From positions 1 through 34,920 of the IMG/VR virus record IMGVR_UViG_3300044676_003044: 34,920 nucleotides of DNA; one strand, written 5' to 3'. Under the pieces are notes generated by a model that worked only from the letters and a program-made list of their open reading frames with translations, ran no database searches and was not told where the DNA came from. This DNA comes from a virus. Its lineage: Duplodnaviria; Caudoviricetes. This document shows, in pieces, positions 1 to 8,494 of this stretch. Position 1 is the stretch's first letter. Each line of letters starts with the position of its first letter. A program made the position numbers and the translations under genes.

Positions 1-56
1 CTGATGATCTTGATTGACCAAAGCGTTGTTAAAGTGTCATTTATGACACACTAGAA

Positions 57-75
57 GTCAAGAACTTTCTTGACA
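57..75. promoter_or_regulatory. Inverted repeat GTCAAGAA-ct-TTCTTGAC overlapping a TTGACA (-35-like) box upstream of the replication operon
   Basis: Dyad at 57-74, TTGACA at 70-75, AT-rich tract 76-95, GGAG at 97-100 before the ATG at 105. No well-spaced canonical -10. Confidence 0.45.
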
Positions 76-104
76 TAAATTATAATTTTTTATATCGGAG
101 TGTA

Positions 105-1421
105 ATGAAGATCAAAGGTAAACTTATAGGAGGTAGGCACAAACCATACCCCTACCAAAGAAGGATCATAAGAAAAATGGCAAAAATGCCAGTGGCAATT
201 CTTGGTGCAGAAATGGGAACAGGCAAGACTTTGATGGCATTGATGTCAATGGAAGCGAGTGGGATCAAAAAGCTTTTAGTGCTTTGTCCTGCGATTGCTG
301 TCAGGAATTGGCATAGAGAGTCAGTACTTTGTGGGTTTACAGGTGAGATTCAAGTTATGTCTTATGACATGGCCCGTAATCCTAAACGATCTAAAGAGTT
401 AAAAGCTTGGGGATTCGATGGGATCATTTTAGATGAAGCTCATTATCTCAAAAATTCTCAGGCCAAGAGAACTCGTGCTGTCTATGGTCTAGCTTGTGAT
501 GGCAAGGGTGGCCTAGTTGAAGGTTGTGATCGGATCTACGCTTTAAGTGGAACGATTGCTCCTAACAATGTAACGGAGTTGTACCCCCATTTACGTTGTC
601 TCACACCGACACGAGTCAAATCCACATTCTACGGTTTTCGTACTCGTTACTGTTCTTTACGAGAGACAAGGTATGGGGTGGAAATTACAGGTGCGAGGAA
701 CATATCTGAACTCAAAGAGATCATGCGTGATGTATACATCCCTTTGCGGCAGAAAGATGTCCTACCCGATTTGCCACCACTGGTGATCAATGATCGTGAG
801 GTTGATCCTGTCGATGCAAAGGAAGCCTTGCTGGAACTCAAAGAGTTGGAACAGCATCCAGAGATTCAGGAGATGCTGGTACATTTGGAGAATGCCTCAA
901 AACCTTCCCCCTTGAACATGTCCGAACATGTTGCTACTCTTAGGCGCTTGATTGGAACAGCAAAGGTTGGTGCAGCAGTCGATTATATTCTCGACATAGT
1001 CGAGCACTCACAAGAAAAGCTGATTGTTTTCTGTTACCATAAACATGTCATGGACAGTTTAGAAGAGGCTCTAGTAAAGAAGACATCTTGCGTCCGAGTG
1101 GATGGTAGTTGTACGCAAAAACAAAGAGCAACCGCTATTGACAAGTTCCGTAACGATAAACACTGTAGGGTGTTTCTTGGTCAGTTGAATGCTTGTGGGA
1201 CTGCAATTACGTTGACAGAAGCAAATCAGGTTGTTTTCATTGAGCAGGATTGGACACCTGCTAACAATCTACAGGCAGCAAAACGTGCTCATCGAATCGG
1301 TCAGGATCGTCCGGTTTATGTCAACAACCTGATGTTACATAACAGCATCGATGAGCGGATCAGTGCGGCCCTGACTGCTAAAACCCTTCATTTAATGGAG
1401 ATCGGATTATGTGCAGCATAA
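105..1421 (+). CDS. SNF2-family (SF2) DEAH helicase
   Basis: Walker A EMGTGKT, ILDEAH, LSGT, and C-terminal HELICc motifs (ITLTEA, DWTP..NLQAAKRAHRIGQ). Confidence 0.93.
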   Translation: MKIKGKLIGGRHKPYPYQRRIIRKMAKMPVAILGAEMGTGKTLMALMSMEASGIKKLLVLCPAIAVRNWHRESVLCGFTGEIQVMSYDMARNPKRSKELKAWGFDGIILDEAHYLKNSQAKRTRAVYGLACDGKGGLVEGCDRIYALSGTIAPNNVTELYPHLRCLTPTRVKSTFYGFRTRYCSLRETRYGVEITGARNISELKEIMRDVYIPLRQKDVLPDLPPLVINDREVDPVDAKEALLELKELEQHPEIQEMLVHLENASKPSPLNMSEHVATLRRLIGTAKVGAAVDYILDIVEHSQEKLIVFCYHKHVMDSLEEALVKKTSCVRVDGSCTQKQRATAIDKFRNDKHCRVFLGQLNACGTAITLTEANQVVFIEQDWTPANNLQAAKRAHRIGQDRPVYVNNLMLHNSIDERISAALTAKTLHLMEIGLCAA

Positions 1422-1867
1422 ACTCAGTGACAGTGGACACTTCAACCCTGTCTTTTAAACAAGTACAGGACTTGATGTCCTACTTAGAGGATTTAAAGTT
1501 TTCAACAGATCCCAAGACCCCCGACACATCAACGGATACCAGTAGCATCAATCATGATGACTTGATCCGAGCAGTGTTGGATGCTCCTGAAGAAATGGAA
1601 CCTACCGATGATGCCTTTGATGAAGTCGAACATCGTAGGGAGTTATTCAAGCAGCATCGAGAATTGGTAGATTCCTTTCGCAATGATTTTGGTAAGGAGT
1701 TCCGCAAAGTATCTCAGTTGCTGAAGGAGAAACAAACAGCAGAAGAATTTCAAACTTTGTTGGATGAGTTGTCCTACATCCGTGGCCCGATTATTAGGTT
1801 TCAGGATCTGGACAAGCATCCGCTTACTCTTTATGACATGGTCTATTGCATCCTAAAGGCGTTATGA
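1409..1867 (+). CDS. Hypothetical phage protein, acidic/helical
   Basis: 152-aa ORF overlapping both neighbours and filling the gap in the operon; no recognisable motif. Confidence 0.7.
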   Translation: MCSINSVTVDTSTLSFKQVQDLMSYLEDLKFSTDPKTPDTSTDTSSINHDDLIRAVLDAPEEMEPTDDAFDEVEHRRELFKQHRELVDSFRNDFGKEFRKVSQLLKEKQTAEEFQTLLDELSYIRGPIIRFQDLDKHPLTLYDMVYCILKAL

Positions 1868-3027
1868 GAGCACACTCAAAGTTCAGTGCGTCTGCAGCAC
1901 ACCGATGGTTACATTGTCCGGGGTCTGTCTTTCTTTGTGAGAAGATGCCCAGACGAGACAGTGTCTTTTCCAAAGAAGGGACAGTGGCGCATACACTGGC
2001 AGAACAGTGTTTTGTAGGAGATCTGTTGTTTCCTGAAGAAGCACTTGGTCAGACGATTGATGAGGTCGAGGTTACTCAGGAAATGGTTGATGCGGTTCAG
2101 TTGTTGATTGAAACAGTTGACAACTTTCTAGCAGGAAAGACCGAGTACGAGGTGCAGTTGTCTCTGGATCTCAAGATTGGCAAGAAGGCAGGAGATCTGT
2201 TTGGAACTAGTGATGTGCTGCATGTTCTCAAAGAAATAAAACGACTGTTGATTACTGTCTGTGATTTCAAATATGGAAAGCATGTCGCAGTTGAGGTCTC
2301 AGAAAACCCACAGTTGATGTACTACGGTTTGGGTGCAATCTTTCGGGAGATGAAGGCTCAAAAGAAGAAAGACATCGTCAAGTTCATCCAAGACAACAAT
2401 GTGCATGTACGCCTGATGATTGTCCAACCTAGAGCCTTGCATGAAGATGGGCCTGTCAGAGAGTGGGTAGCTTTACCAGAAGAGATGATCAAGTTTGCTC
2501 AAACGTTGGAAGCTGCAATTGAACATGCGCTGAAGAATCCTGAAAAATACGTTGTCGGGGAGCAGTGTCGCTTCTGTGACGCTAAAGGAATTTGTCCTGA
2601 GTACAATAAAGAGGATTTGGAAGATATTGCAGCGATTGATCCTACGTTGTTGTCAAGCGCACCTGATCAATTGACACCGGAAGAGTTAGCTGATGCGCTA
2701 CATCAATGCGATCTCTTAGACGGTGCAATTAAGCGGTTCCGTAACTACGCCTCTGCTTTGCTGGAGGATGGAACCGTCCTTCCGGGTTGGTCTCTGGAAC
2801 CAACTCGCCCGACTCGTAGATGGATAGACGAGTCTGCTGTCCGCAATAAACTGTTGGAGATGGGGGTCACCCCAGATCTCTTCAGCAGTGAGGTACTCCG
2901 GTCTCCAGCGCAGATCCGTTCTGTATTGGAGACTGAGCAGTATGAGATGTTGTCTGAATTTATTGAGTCCAAATCCTCTGGGCTAAAACTAAGTAAGTCC
3001 GACTCGGACGGTCTTCATCTATTATGA
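1864..3027 (+). CDS. Cas4-like PD-(D/E)xK exonuclease (DUF2800-type)
   Basis: HSKFSASAAHRWLHCPGS, EGTVAH, GTSD...DFKYG, NPQLMYY, CRFC-x5-CP (1+3 Cys Fe-S pattern). The ATG at 1864 overlaps the upstream TGA (ATGA), so it is preferred to 1846. Confidence 0.9.
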   Translation: MRAHSKFSASAAHRWLHCPGSVFLCEKMPRRDSVFSKEGTVAHTLAEQCFVGDLLFPEEALGQTIDEVEVTQEMVDAVQLLIETVDNFLAGKTEYEVQLSLDLKIGKKAGDLFGTSDVLHVLKEIKRLLITVCDFKYGKHVAVEVSENPQLMYYGLGAIFREMKAQKKKDIVKFIQDNNVHVRLMIVQPRALHEDGPVREWVALPEEMIKFAQTLEAAIEHALKNPEKYVVGEQCRFCDAKGICPEYNKEDLEDIAAIDPTLLSSAPDQLTPEELADALHQCDLLDGAIKRFRNYASALLEDGTVLPGWSLEPTRPTRRWIDESAVRNKLLEMGVTPDLFSSEVLRSPAQIRSVLETEQYEMLSEFIESKSSGLKLSKSDSDGLHLL

Positions 3028-3036
3028 AAGGTAGAA

Positions 3037-3624
3037 ATGGCAAAAGATACTTTTAAGCCAGTGTTGGTGGCAACTCCAAAAACAGAAATGCTCTTTGTGA
3101 AACTGTTGGAGGAAGCAACGTATGAAGGAACCAAACAGGGACACTACGAAGCTACCATGTTAATGAATCCCGAAGACAATTGGGATGATGTCAGAAATGC
3201 TGTAGCTGAAGCAGGATCGACTTTTAAAGGAAAGTGGCACAACCCTATCCGGTCTGAAACAAATGGAGATTGGTTGCCTGAAGGATGGGAGTACATCAAA
3301 ATCAAAAAAGGCATTCAGAAGAAAGATGATAAAGGTAACCCTCTGACAAAGGTCAACATTGTTGATGCAAGAAAGCGTAAGCTGACAGAGGAAGAGAAAG
3401 CCGAGGTGGTCTTTAACGGAATGCAGGGTCGTGCTGCCTTGTACATCATGCCGTACACCAAAGGTGGTAACGGAGTCACCGCACGAATTGACACGATTCA
3501 AGCACTAGGTGGTGAACGTAGAGCCTCTGGTTTAGGCTTGCTTGATGTCGAGGATACTGACATCCCAGAAGATCAAATGGGAGAGGATGAACTCGATATT
3601 TTGTTCAAGGGTCAAGCAGCATAA
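3037..3624 (+). CDS. Single-stranded DNA-binding protein (DUF2815 / T7 gp2.5-like)
   Basis: Lies between the nuclease and PolA; Y...GGNGVTARIDTIQALGGER resembles the family motif; acidic C-terminal tail. Confidence 0.78.
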   Translation: MAKDTFKPVLVATPKTEMLFVKLLEEATYEGTKQGHYEATMLMNPEDNWDDVRNAVAEAGSTFKGKWHNPIRSETNGDWLPEGWEYIKIKKGIQKKDDKGNPLTKVNIVDARKRKLTEEEKAEVVFNGMQGRAALYIMPYTKGGNGVTARIDTIQALGGERRASGLGLLDVEDTDIPEDQMGEDELDILFKGQAA

Positions 3625-3636
3625 CTCCTAACTAGT

Positions 3637-3657
3637 CTCGGGCTGAAAAGGCCCGAG
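3637..3657 (+). terminator. GC-rich stem-loop between SSB and DNA polymerase (weak terminator, attenuator or mRNA stabiliser)
   Basis: CTCGGGC-tgaaaag-GCCCGAG just after the SSB stop; no clear U-tract. Confidence 0.5.
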
Positions 3658-3666
3658 TACCATCTT

Positions 3667-5640
3667 ATGATTCATTTAGACTTTGAAACTAGATCCTTAG
3701 AAGATTTAAGGAAAACAGGAAGTTATCGCTACTCAGAGGGGCATACCGATGTCTGGTGCATGGCTTATCAGGATGATCAAACCAATGAGAAAGGAGTCTG
3801 GAAACCCGGAGATCCAATCCCCGAACTATTCAAAGATCCATTCCAAACGTACTGTGCATGGAATGCTCGGTTCGAACGTGACATCTACAACAACATTCTC
3901 ATCCCAACCTATGGGTTTCCTGAACTTATCGTGGAACAGTGGCGAGATCCTTCTGCAGTGGCGAGGTATCAAGGTCTTCCGGGTTCGTTGGCAAACGCTG
4001 GGAAGGAAGTCGGTTTGCCTGTCGATGAGCAGAAAGATGTGGAAGGTCGTAAGCTCATGCTACAGATGGCTAGGCCACGCAAACGTTCAAGTGAAGATGA
4101 AGTGGTTTGGTGGGACTCACCCGAGAAAGTAGACCGTCTAGTTCAGTATTGTCAGCAAGACGTTGAATCGCAGATTGCTCTACATAAAAAACTCGGAGGT
4201 CTACCTCTTAATGAGTTGAAGGTTTTCTGGCTGGATCAACACATCAATGATCGTGGTGTTCGGATAGATCTCGATGCAGTTTATGGCCTGATTGAAGTTC
4301 TCGACTTGTTAGATCGTCAAAGCGATATCGAGTGCCGCAAGTTGACTGCAGGAGAAGTTGATTCGGTTTCCAAGCTGCAGCAGATCAAGCAGTGGATTCT
4401 TCAGCGAACAGGTCGAGAGATCAAGGATTTTTCACAAGGCAATCTGACCTTATTGATTGATGAGTTTACAGAAGATCCAACTGTTCAGGCGTTGCTCAAA
4501 CTTAGAAAGGACTCTGCAAAAACTTCGACTGCAAAGATTCGGGCAATGGCTGAGACTGTGTCTAAGGATGGTCGGATACACGGCATGATGATGTATTACG
4601 GTGCTCATACCGGACGATGGACATCTCGACTAGTGCAGCTTCAAAATTTACCACAAGGCATAGGTTTATCTGAAGAGGAGGCAGATTCGTATCTGACTAA
4701 AATCAAAGATCCTAATTTATCGAGAATTGAATGGGTTGAAGAGGTCTCTCAAAAAGCACCTCCGATGGAAGTGATCTCCTCATTGATTAGACCCTTAATC
4801 ATTCCAGCAGATGGTCACACCTTTTATGTTTACGATTACAAAGCAATTGAGCCGAGAGTGTTGGCATGGATCTCAGGAGAAGACAAGTTACTTTCAGCCT
4901 ATAAAGAGAATCGTGATGTCTATTCTGAGATGGCATCCGTTCTTTACGATATTCCAATTCAGGAGGTTACCAAGCAGCAGAGACAGTTTGGAAAAGTTGT
5001 GATCATTGCTTGTGGCTACCAAATGGGTGTCAACAAGTTTTCTCAGACTTGTGCTAGTTGGGGGATCAAAGTCACTGAGGAGGAGGCATCAATAGCAGTC
5101 AAGACCTACCGAGAGTACTACTCTAAGATTCCTACATTCTGGTATGCCTTACAGAACAAGATGACAAATGCTTTCAACAACCCCGGTTGTTTTAAGTTCT
5201 CTTGTGGTTTTAAAAATAAGTTGAAGTTCTTTCAGCGTCAGGAGAATGCTCCTCTGCAAGTGATGCTACCATCTAATAGGGTGCTACATTATCAACAACC
5301 TATCTATGATTCTTCGGTGAATTCATTTTCGGATTCACCTTCACTGAGTTACCACACCGATCAGTTTGGGAAGTGGGTAACCAAATCTTTGTACGGTGGA
5401 CTCTTAGCTGAGAATATCGTGCAAGCCATCTCAAGAGACCTAATGGCGGATGCAATGCTCCGTTTGGATGCAGCAGGTTATCCTGTAGTTTTCAGCGTAC
5501 ACGATGAGATCGTGTGTGAAGTGCCAGTAGGTTTCGGTTCTACGGAAGAGTTCGAATCTATTATGACCCAAGCACCTGAGTGGGCAGCAGGATTGCCTGT
5601 TGAGGTTGAGGGTTACACATCAAGTAGGTATCGCAAATGA
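3667..5640 (+). CDS. polA: Phage family A DNA polymerase with 3'-5' exonuclease domain
   Basis: ExoI LDFETRS, ExoII AWNARFER, ExoIII YCQQDV, HTGRW, QLQNLP, motif A DYKAIEPR, motif B RQFGKVVIIACGY, ENIVQAISRD, motif C VHDEI. Confidence 0.96.
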   Translation: MIHLDFETRSLEDLRKTGSYRYSEGHTDVWCMAYQDDQTNEKGVWKPGDPIPELFKDPFQTYCAWNARFERDIYNNILIPTYGFPELIVEQWRDPSAVARYQGLPGSLANAGKEVGLPVDEQKDVEGRKLMLQMARPRKRSSEDEVVWWDSPEKVDRLVQYCQQDVESQIALHKKLGGLPLNELKVFWLDQHINDRGVRIDLDAVYGLIEVLDLLDRQSDIECRKLTAGEVDSVSKLQQIKQWILQRTGREIKDFSQGNLTLLIDEFTEDPTVQALLKLRKDSAKTSTAKIRAMAETVSKDGRIHGMMMYYGAHTGRWTSRLVQLQNLPQGIGLSEEEADSYLTKIKDPNLSRIEWVEEVSQKAPPMEVISSLIRPLIIPADGHTFYVYDYKAIEPRVLAWISGEDKLLSAYKENRDVYSEMASVLYDIPIQEVTKQQRQFGKVVIIACGYQMGVNKFSQTCASWGIKVTEEEASIAVKTYREYYSKIPTFWYALQNKMTNAFNNPGCFKFSCGFKNKLKFFQRQENAPLQVMLPSNRVLHYQQPIYDSSVNSFSDSPSLSYHTDQFGKWVTKSLYGGLLAENIVQAISRDLMADAMLRLDAAGYPVVFSVHDEIVCEVPVGFGSTEEFESIMTQAPEWAAGLPVEVEGYTSSRYRK

Positions 5641-8042
5641 CAATGCAAGCATGGTTTGAAGCTGAATATAAAGACATCATCCCAATCGTCCCACCGGATG
5701 CAAAGTTGGTGGATGGTGTAAATTTGCCGAAAGGTAAGTGTCCGGGCAAGCCGAATCCAAACGGTGAGTGGTTGGGTTTCAAGAACTGGCAGGATCACAA
5801 AACTACGTTGCGAGAGTGCATTCACTGGGACGAGTCTGGATGCTCAGTAGGTTTACGGTCTAAGAATTATCCGGGTATTGATATCGATGTCCGAGATGAA
5901 AATCTGGCAGAGGAGATCGAAGAGTTAGCGACTCGTTTGTTTGGACAAACTTTAGTCCGCATTGGTAGCTATCCAAAGCGGTTGATGATGTACCAGACCG
6001 ATGAGCCTTTCAGCAAGATGAAGCTTAGTTTTGAAGTAGATGATGAAACTCATGCTGTGGAAATTCTTGCCGATGGGCAGCAGTATGTCGTAGAGGGTAT
6101 TCATCCTGTGACTAAGAAAGCTTACTTTTTTACAGATGAATCTAAGCCGATGTTTTTAAAGAATCTGCCGAAGATCACTGCAGATCAATGTCGTATGTTC
6201 TTAGATCGTTTACAGGAAAGGCTGGAGTTCTATGGTTTTCAGATCAAGGACAATTTTAGGGGGATGATTGGTCAGGAAGGTCGAGCGATGATTGATCAGG
6301 ACTCACTGATTGCAACCAACCTTGTACATGTTGCTGAAGCTTTGGACTGTCTGCCAAATGAAGATCCAAATGCGTTCAGCTTTGATGAGTTTGTCAAGAT
6401 TGCAGCAGCAGTCAAAGCAGCAACTCAAAAAGAACCGGACTCCGGTTTTGATCTGTTTACCAAGTTTGCAGAACGATTTCCCGGCAGAAAAGAACCCGGA
6501 ACTACTCGACACACCTATAAGGGTGTCTGGGATCGAATGAAACCTCCGTATGCTGTTGGTGCTCAGTATCTCTATGAGCTTGCTTCAGAGTATGGGTTTA
6601 ATGTAGCCGATACTTATGATGAGAGTTTTTTTCCTGCAATCCCTGACGTTGAAATAGATTCTTCTGTTTGGACACCGTTCAGTCATGCGTGGATGGCAGA
6701 AGAGTTTATTAAAGACTACAAGAATGTTATCAGAGCAGTTGGTGAGTTTGATCGCTTTATCATCCGCAATGGCCCTATCTGGAAAATGGATGATGTCGGG
6801 AATCCTTTTGTAGGAGATCTAATCAGACGGTATGCGGAAGCAAAGTTCCCTGATATCCGCAACATTGTCGGAGATGAAGAAGCCGATACTATCGAAAAGA
6901 CGGTAGGTTCCTATGGGTGGCAAAACTCGGTCATGCGGTTTTTGCTTTACAAGCATCTTGATCTGCGAGTGACTACAAATGATCTTGATAGCAATCCTGA
7001 TATCCTTAATACGGATCGAGGGATTTACTGTCTAAAGACAGGAGAACTAATACCCAGTACTTCTGGGATGCCACAAGATATTTGTCTGAAAGTAGCTGGA
7101 ACGGTTCCAGATTTTGAGATGAAAACTCCGCATTGGGATAAGTTTCTCAAGGAAATTACATCTGGTGATAAAGAGATCTTGGACTACCTGAATACATACT
7201 TTGGTTATGCGATGACCGGACATACGATGGAACATTGTTTTTTCGTTATTGCAGGGAAAGGTGGCAACGGAAAATCGACAATGCTCAAGGTCTTGACGGA
7301 TGTATTAGGAGACTATGCGGTGACTGTTCCGGGCAACGTATTCTTGCAGACACCCGGACGAGAACATCCAACTGAATTGATGACGTTTCAAGGTCGTAGA
7401 TTAGTTGTTGCTTCTGAGTTTAGTCAACGAGCAGTTTGGGATTTAGGTAGGATTAAAACTTTGACAGGTGGTGATCGAATTTCAGCAAGAAGAATGCACA
7501 AAGATTTTGTTGAATTTGATCCAACTCATACCATTGTGATTGCAGCGAATCATAAACCAAAAGTTGAATATGTCGATGATGCTATTCGTAGACGGACACG
7601 ATTAATTCCTTTTGATTTAGAATTAGCACCTGAGAAAAAAGATCCTGATTTACCTGATAAATTGCGTAAAGAATATCCCGGTATTCTTGCTTGGTTAATC
7701 AGAGGGTCTATTCGTTGGTATGCTAAAAGATTACCGGAAATACCAGCAAGAGTTCGGGCAGCCACTGACGATTATTTTGGGGAGTCGGATATTGTTAAGA
7801 TGTGGTTGGATGATTGCTGTATCCTTGATCCCAATGAGAAAACAGCCTGTCACACTGTTTTTGAAAGCTGGAAACTTTATGCTGCATTGATGAAGGAATC
7901 TTCTGGTTCACAAACCAGCTTCACTGAATCGATAAAGTCTCACGGCATTGTGAAGATACGGTATAGAGGTAAGCGTTACTACAAAGGTTTGCGAATGCGT
8001 GAAGAGCAGACAGAAGAGGCAAGAGATGTACTATTCACTTGA
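5637..8042 (+). CDS. Primase-polymerase (Prim-Pol) / PriCT-2 / D5-P4-type SF3 helicase fusion
   Basis: N-terminal GKCPG, GIDIDV, EILADGQQYV..GIHP; C-terminal Walker A GKGGNGKST, LVVASE, KTLTGGDRISARRMH, AANHKP, DDAIRRR. ATGA overlap with PolA. Confidence 0.93.
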   Translation: MTMQAWFEAEYKDIIPIVPPDAKLVDGVNLPKGKCPGKPNPNGEWLGFKNWQDHKTTLRECIHWDESGCSVGLRSKNYPGIDIDVRDENLAEEIEELATRLFGQTLVRIGSYPKRLMMYQTDEPFSKMKLSFEVDDETHAVEILADGQQYVVEGIHPVTKKAYFFTDESKPMFLKNLPKITADQCRMFLDRLQERLEFYGFQIKDNFRGMIGQEGRAMIDQDSLIATNLVHVAEALDCLPNEDPNAFSFDEFVKIAAAVKAATQKEPDSGFDLFTKFAERFPGRKEPGTTRHTYKGVWDRMKPPYAVGAQYLYELASEYGFNVADTYDESFFPAIPDVEIDSSVWTPFSHAWMAEEFIKDYKNVIRAVGEFDRFIIRNGPIWKMDDVGNPFVGDLIRRYAEAKFPDIRNIVGDEEADTIEKTVGSYGWQNSVMRFLLYKHLDLRVTTNDLDSNPDILNTDRGIYCLKTGELIPSTSGMPQDICLKVAGTVPDFEMKTPHWDKFLKEITSGDKEILDYLNTYFGYAMTGHTMEHCFFVIAGKGGNGKSTMLKVLTDVLGDYAVTVPGNVFLQTPGREHPTELMTFQGRRLVVASEFSQRAVWDLGRIKTLTGGDRISARRMHKDFVEFDPTHTIVIAANHKPKVEYVDDAIRRRTRLIPFDLELAPEKKDPDLPDKLRKEYPGILAWLIRGSIRWYAKRLPEIPARVRAATDDYFGESDIVKMWLDDCCILDPNEKTACHTVFESWKLYAALMKESSGSQTSFTESIKSHGIVKIRYRGKRYYKGLRMREEQTEEARDVLFT

Positions 8043-8063
8043 TTTTGTTGACTAAAAATTCTC

Positions 8064-8093
8064 TTGACATCTTACGAGAACTCAAGCTAAATT
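8064..8093 (+). promoter_or_regulatory. Sigma70-type promoter candidate
   Basis: TTGACA (8064-8069), 18-nt spacer, TAAATT (8088-8093) in the intergenic region. Confidence 0.55.
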
Positions 8094-8101
8094 AGGAAAT
8101 A

Positions 8102-8129
8102 TCAGGAGTAGGTAGAACCTTACTCCTGA
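8102..8129 (+). promoter_or_regulatory. Stem-loop in the leader after the promoter candidate (or end-of-operon hairpin)
   Basis: TCAGGAGTA (8102-8110) pairs perfectly with TACTCCTGA (8121-8129), with further GGT/ACC pairing inside. Confidence 0.55.
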
Positions 8130-8174
8130 CCCTTCCGTTGAATGAGTACCCCCACCGTATGGAAAGGAACCCAT

Positions 8175-8363
8175 ATGCTTGATGATGTACGGGAGAGAAT
8201 CAAATCGCTTGAGAGTCGTGTAGCTGAACTTGAGCAAGATTTAGCTTCTGCAAATGCCGAAATTCATGTGCTTCGTGATTCTCACAATGCTCATGAACCT
8301 ATCCCTTTTGGTTCTATTAATTTAGACCATCTATTCACTTCTAAACAGAAGCAGACTAGTTAA
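8175..8363 (+). CDS. Small coiled-coil hypothetical protein (62 aa)
   Basis: GAAAGGA ribosome-binding site before the ATG at 8175; heptad pattern VRERIKSLESRVAELEQDL. Confidence 0.65.
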   Translation: MLDDVRERIKSLESRVAELEQDLASANAEIHVLRDSHNAHEPIPFGSINLDHLFTSKQKQTS

Positions 8364-8408
8364 CTGATCCATTAACTCCAGTACTGACGGTGCGTTTTGG
8401 ATGATTTA

Positions 8409-8456
8409 ATTTGACTTCGGATCAAAGGGTCGGGGGTTCGAATCCTCCCGGGCGCA
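8409..8456 (+). tRNA. 3' half of tRNA-Arg(UCG); probable attP identity block, not a complete tRNA
   Basis: Anticodon arm TTTGA-CTTCGGA-TCAAA (anticodon TCG at 8417-8419), variable loop GGGTC, T arm GGGGG-TTCGAAT-CCTCC, acceptor 3' strand CGGGCGC-A. No GCGCCCG 5' strand or D arm upstream. Confidence 0.88.
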
Positions 8457-8494
8457 CATAAACACTGGCATTCGATAGATCAGTTGACCGTTTG

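Noticed and set aside
647-7765. Short alternative-frame and antisense ORFs within the replication genes
   Set aside because: Fully nested in well-supported CDSs with no motifs or ribosome-binding sites noticed.
8384-8460. Complete functional tRNA-Arg gene
   Set aside because: There is no canonical 5' acceptor strand or D arm, and no encoded CCA; only the part from position ~26 onward is tRNA-like.
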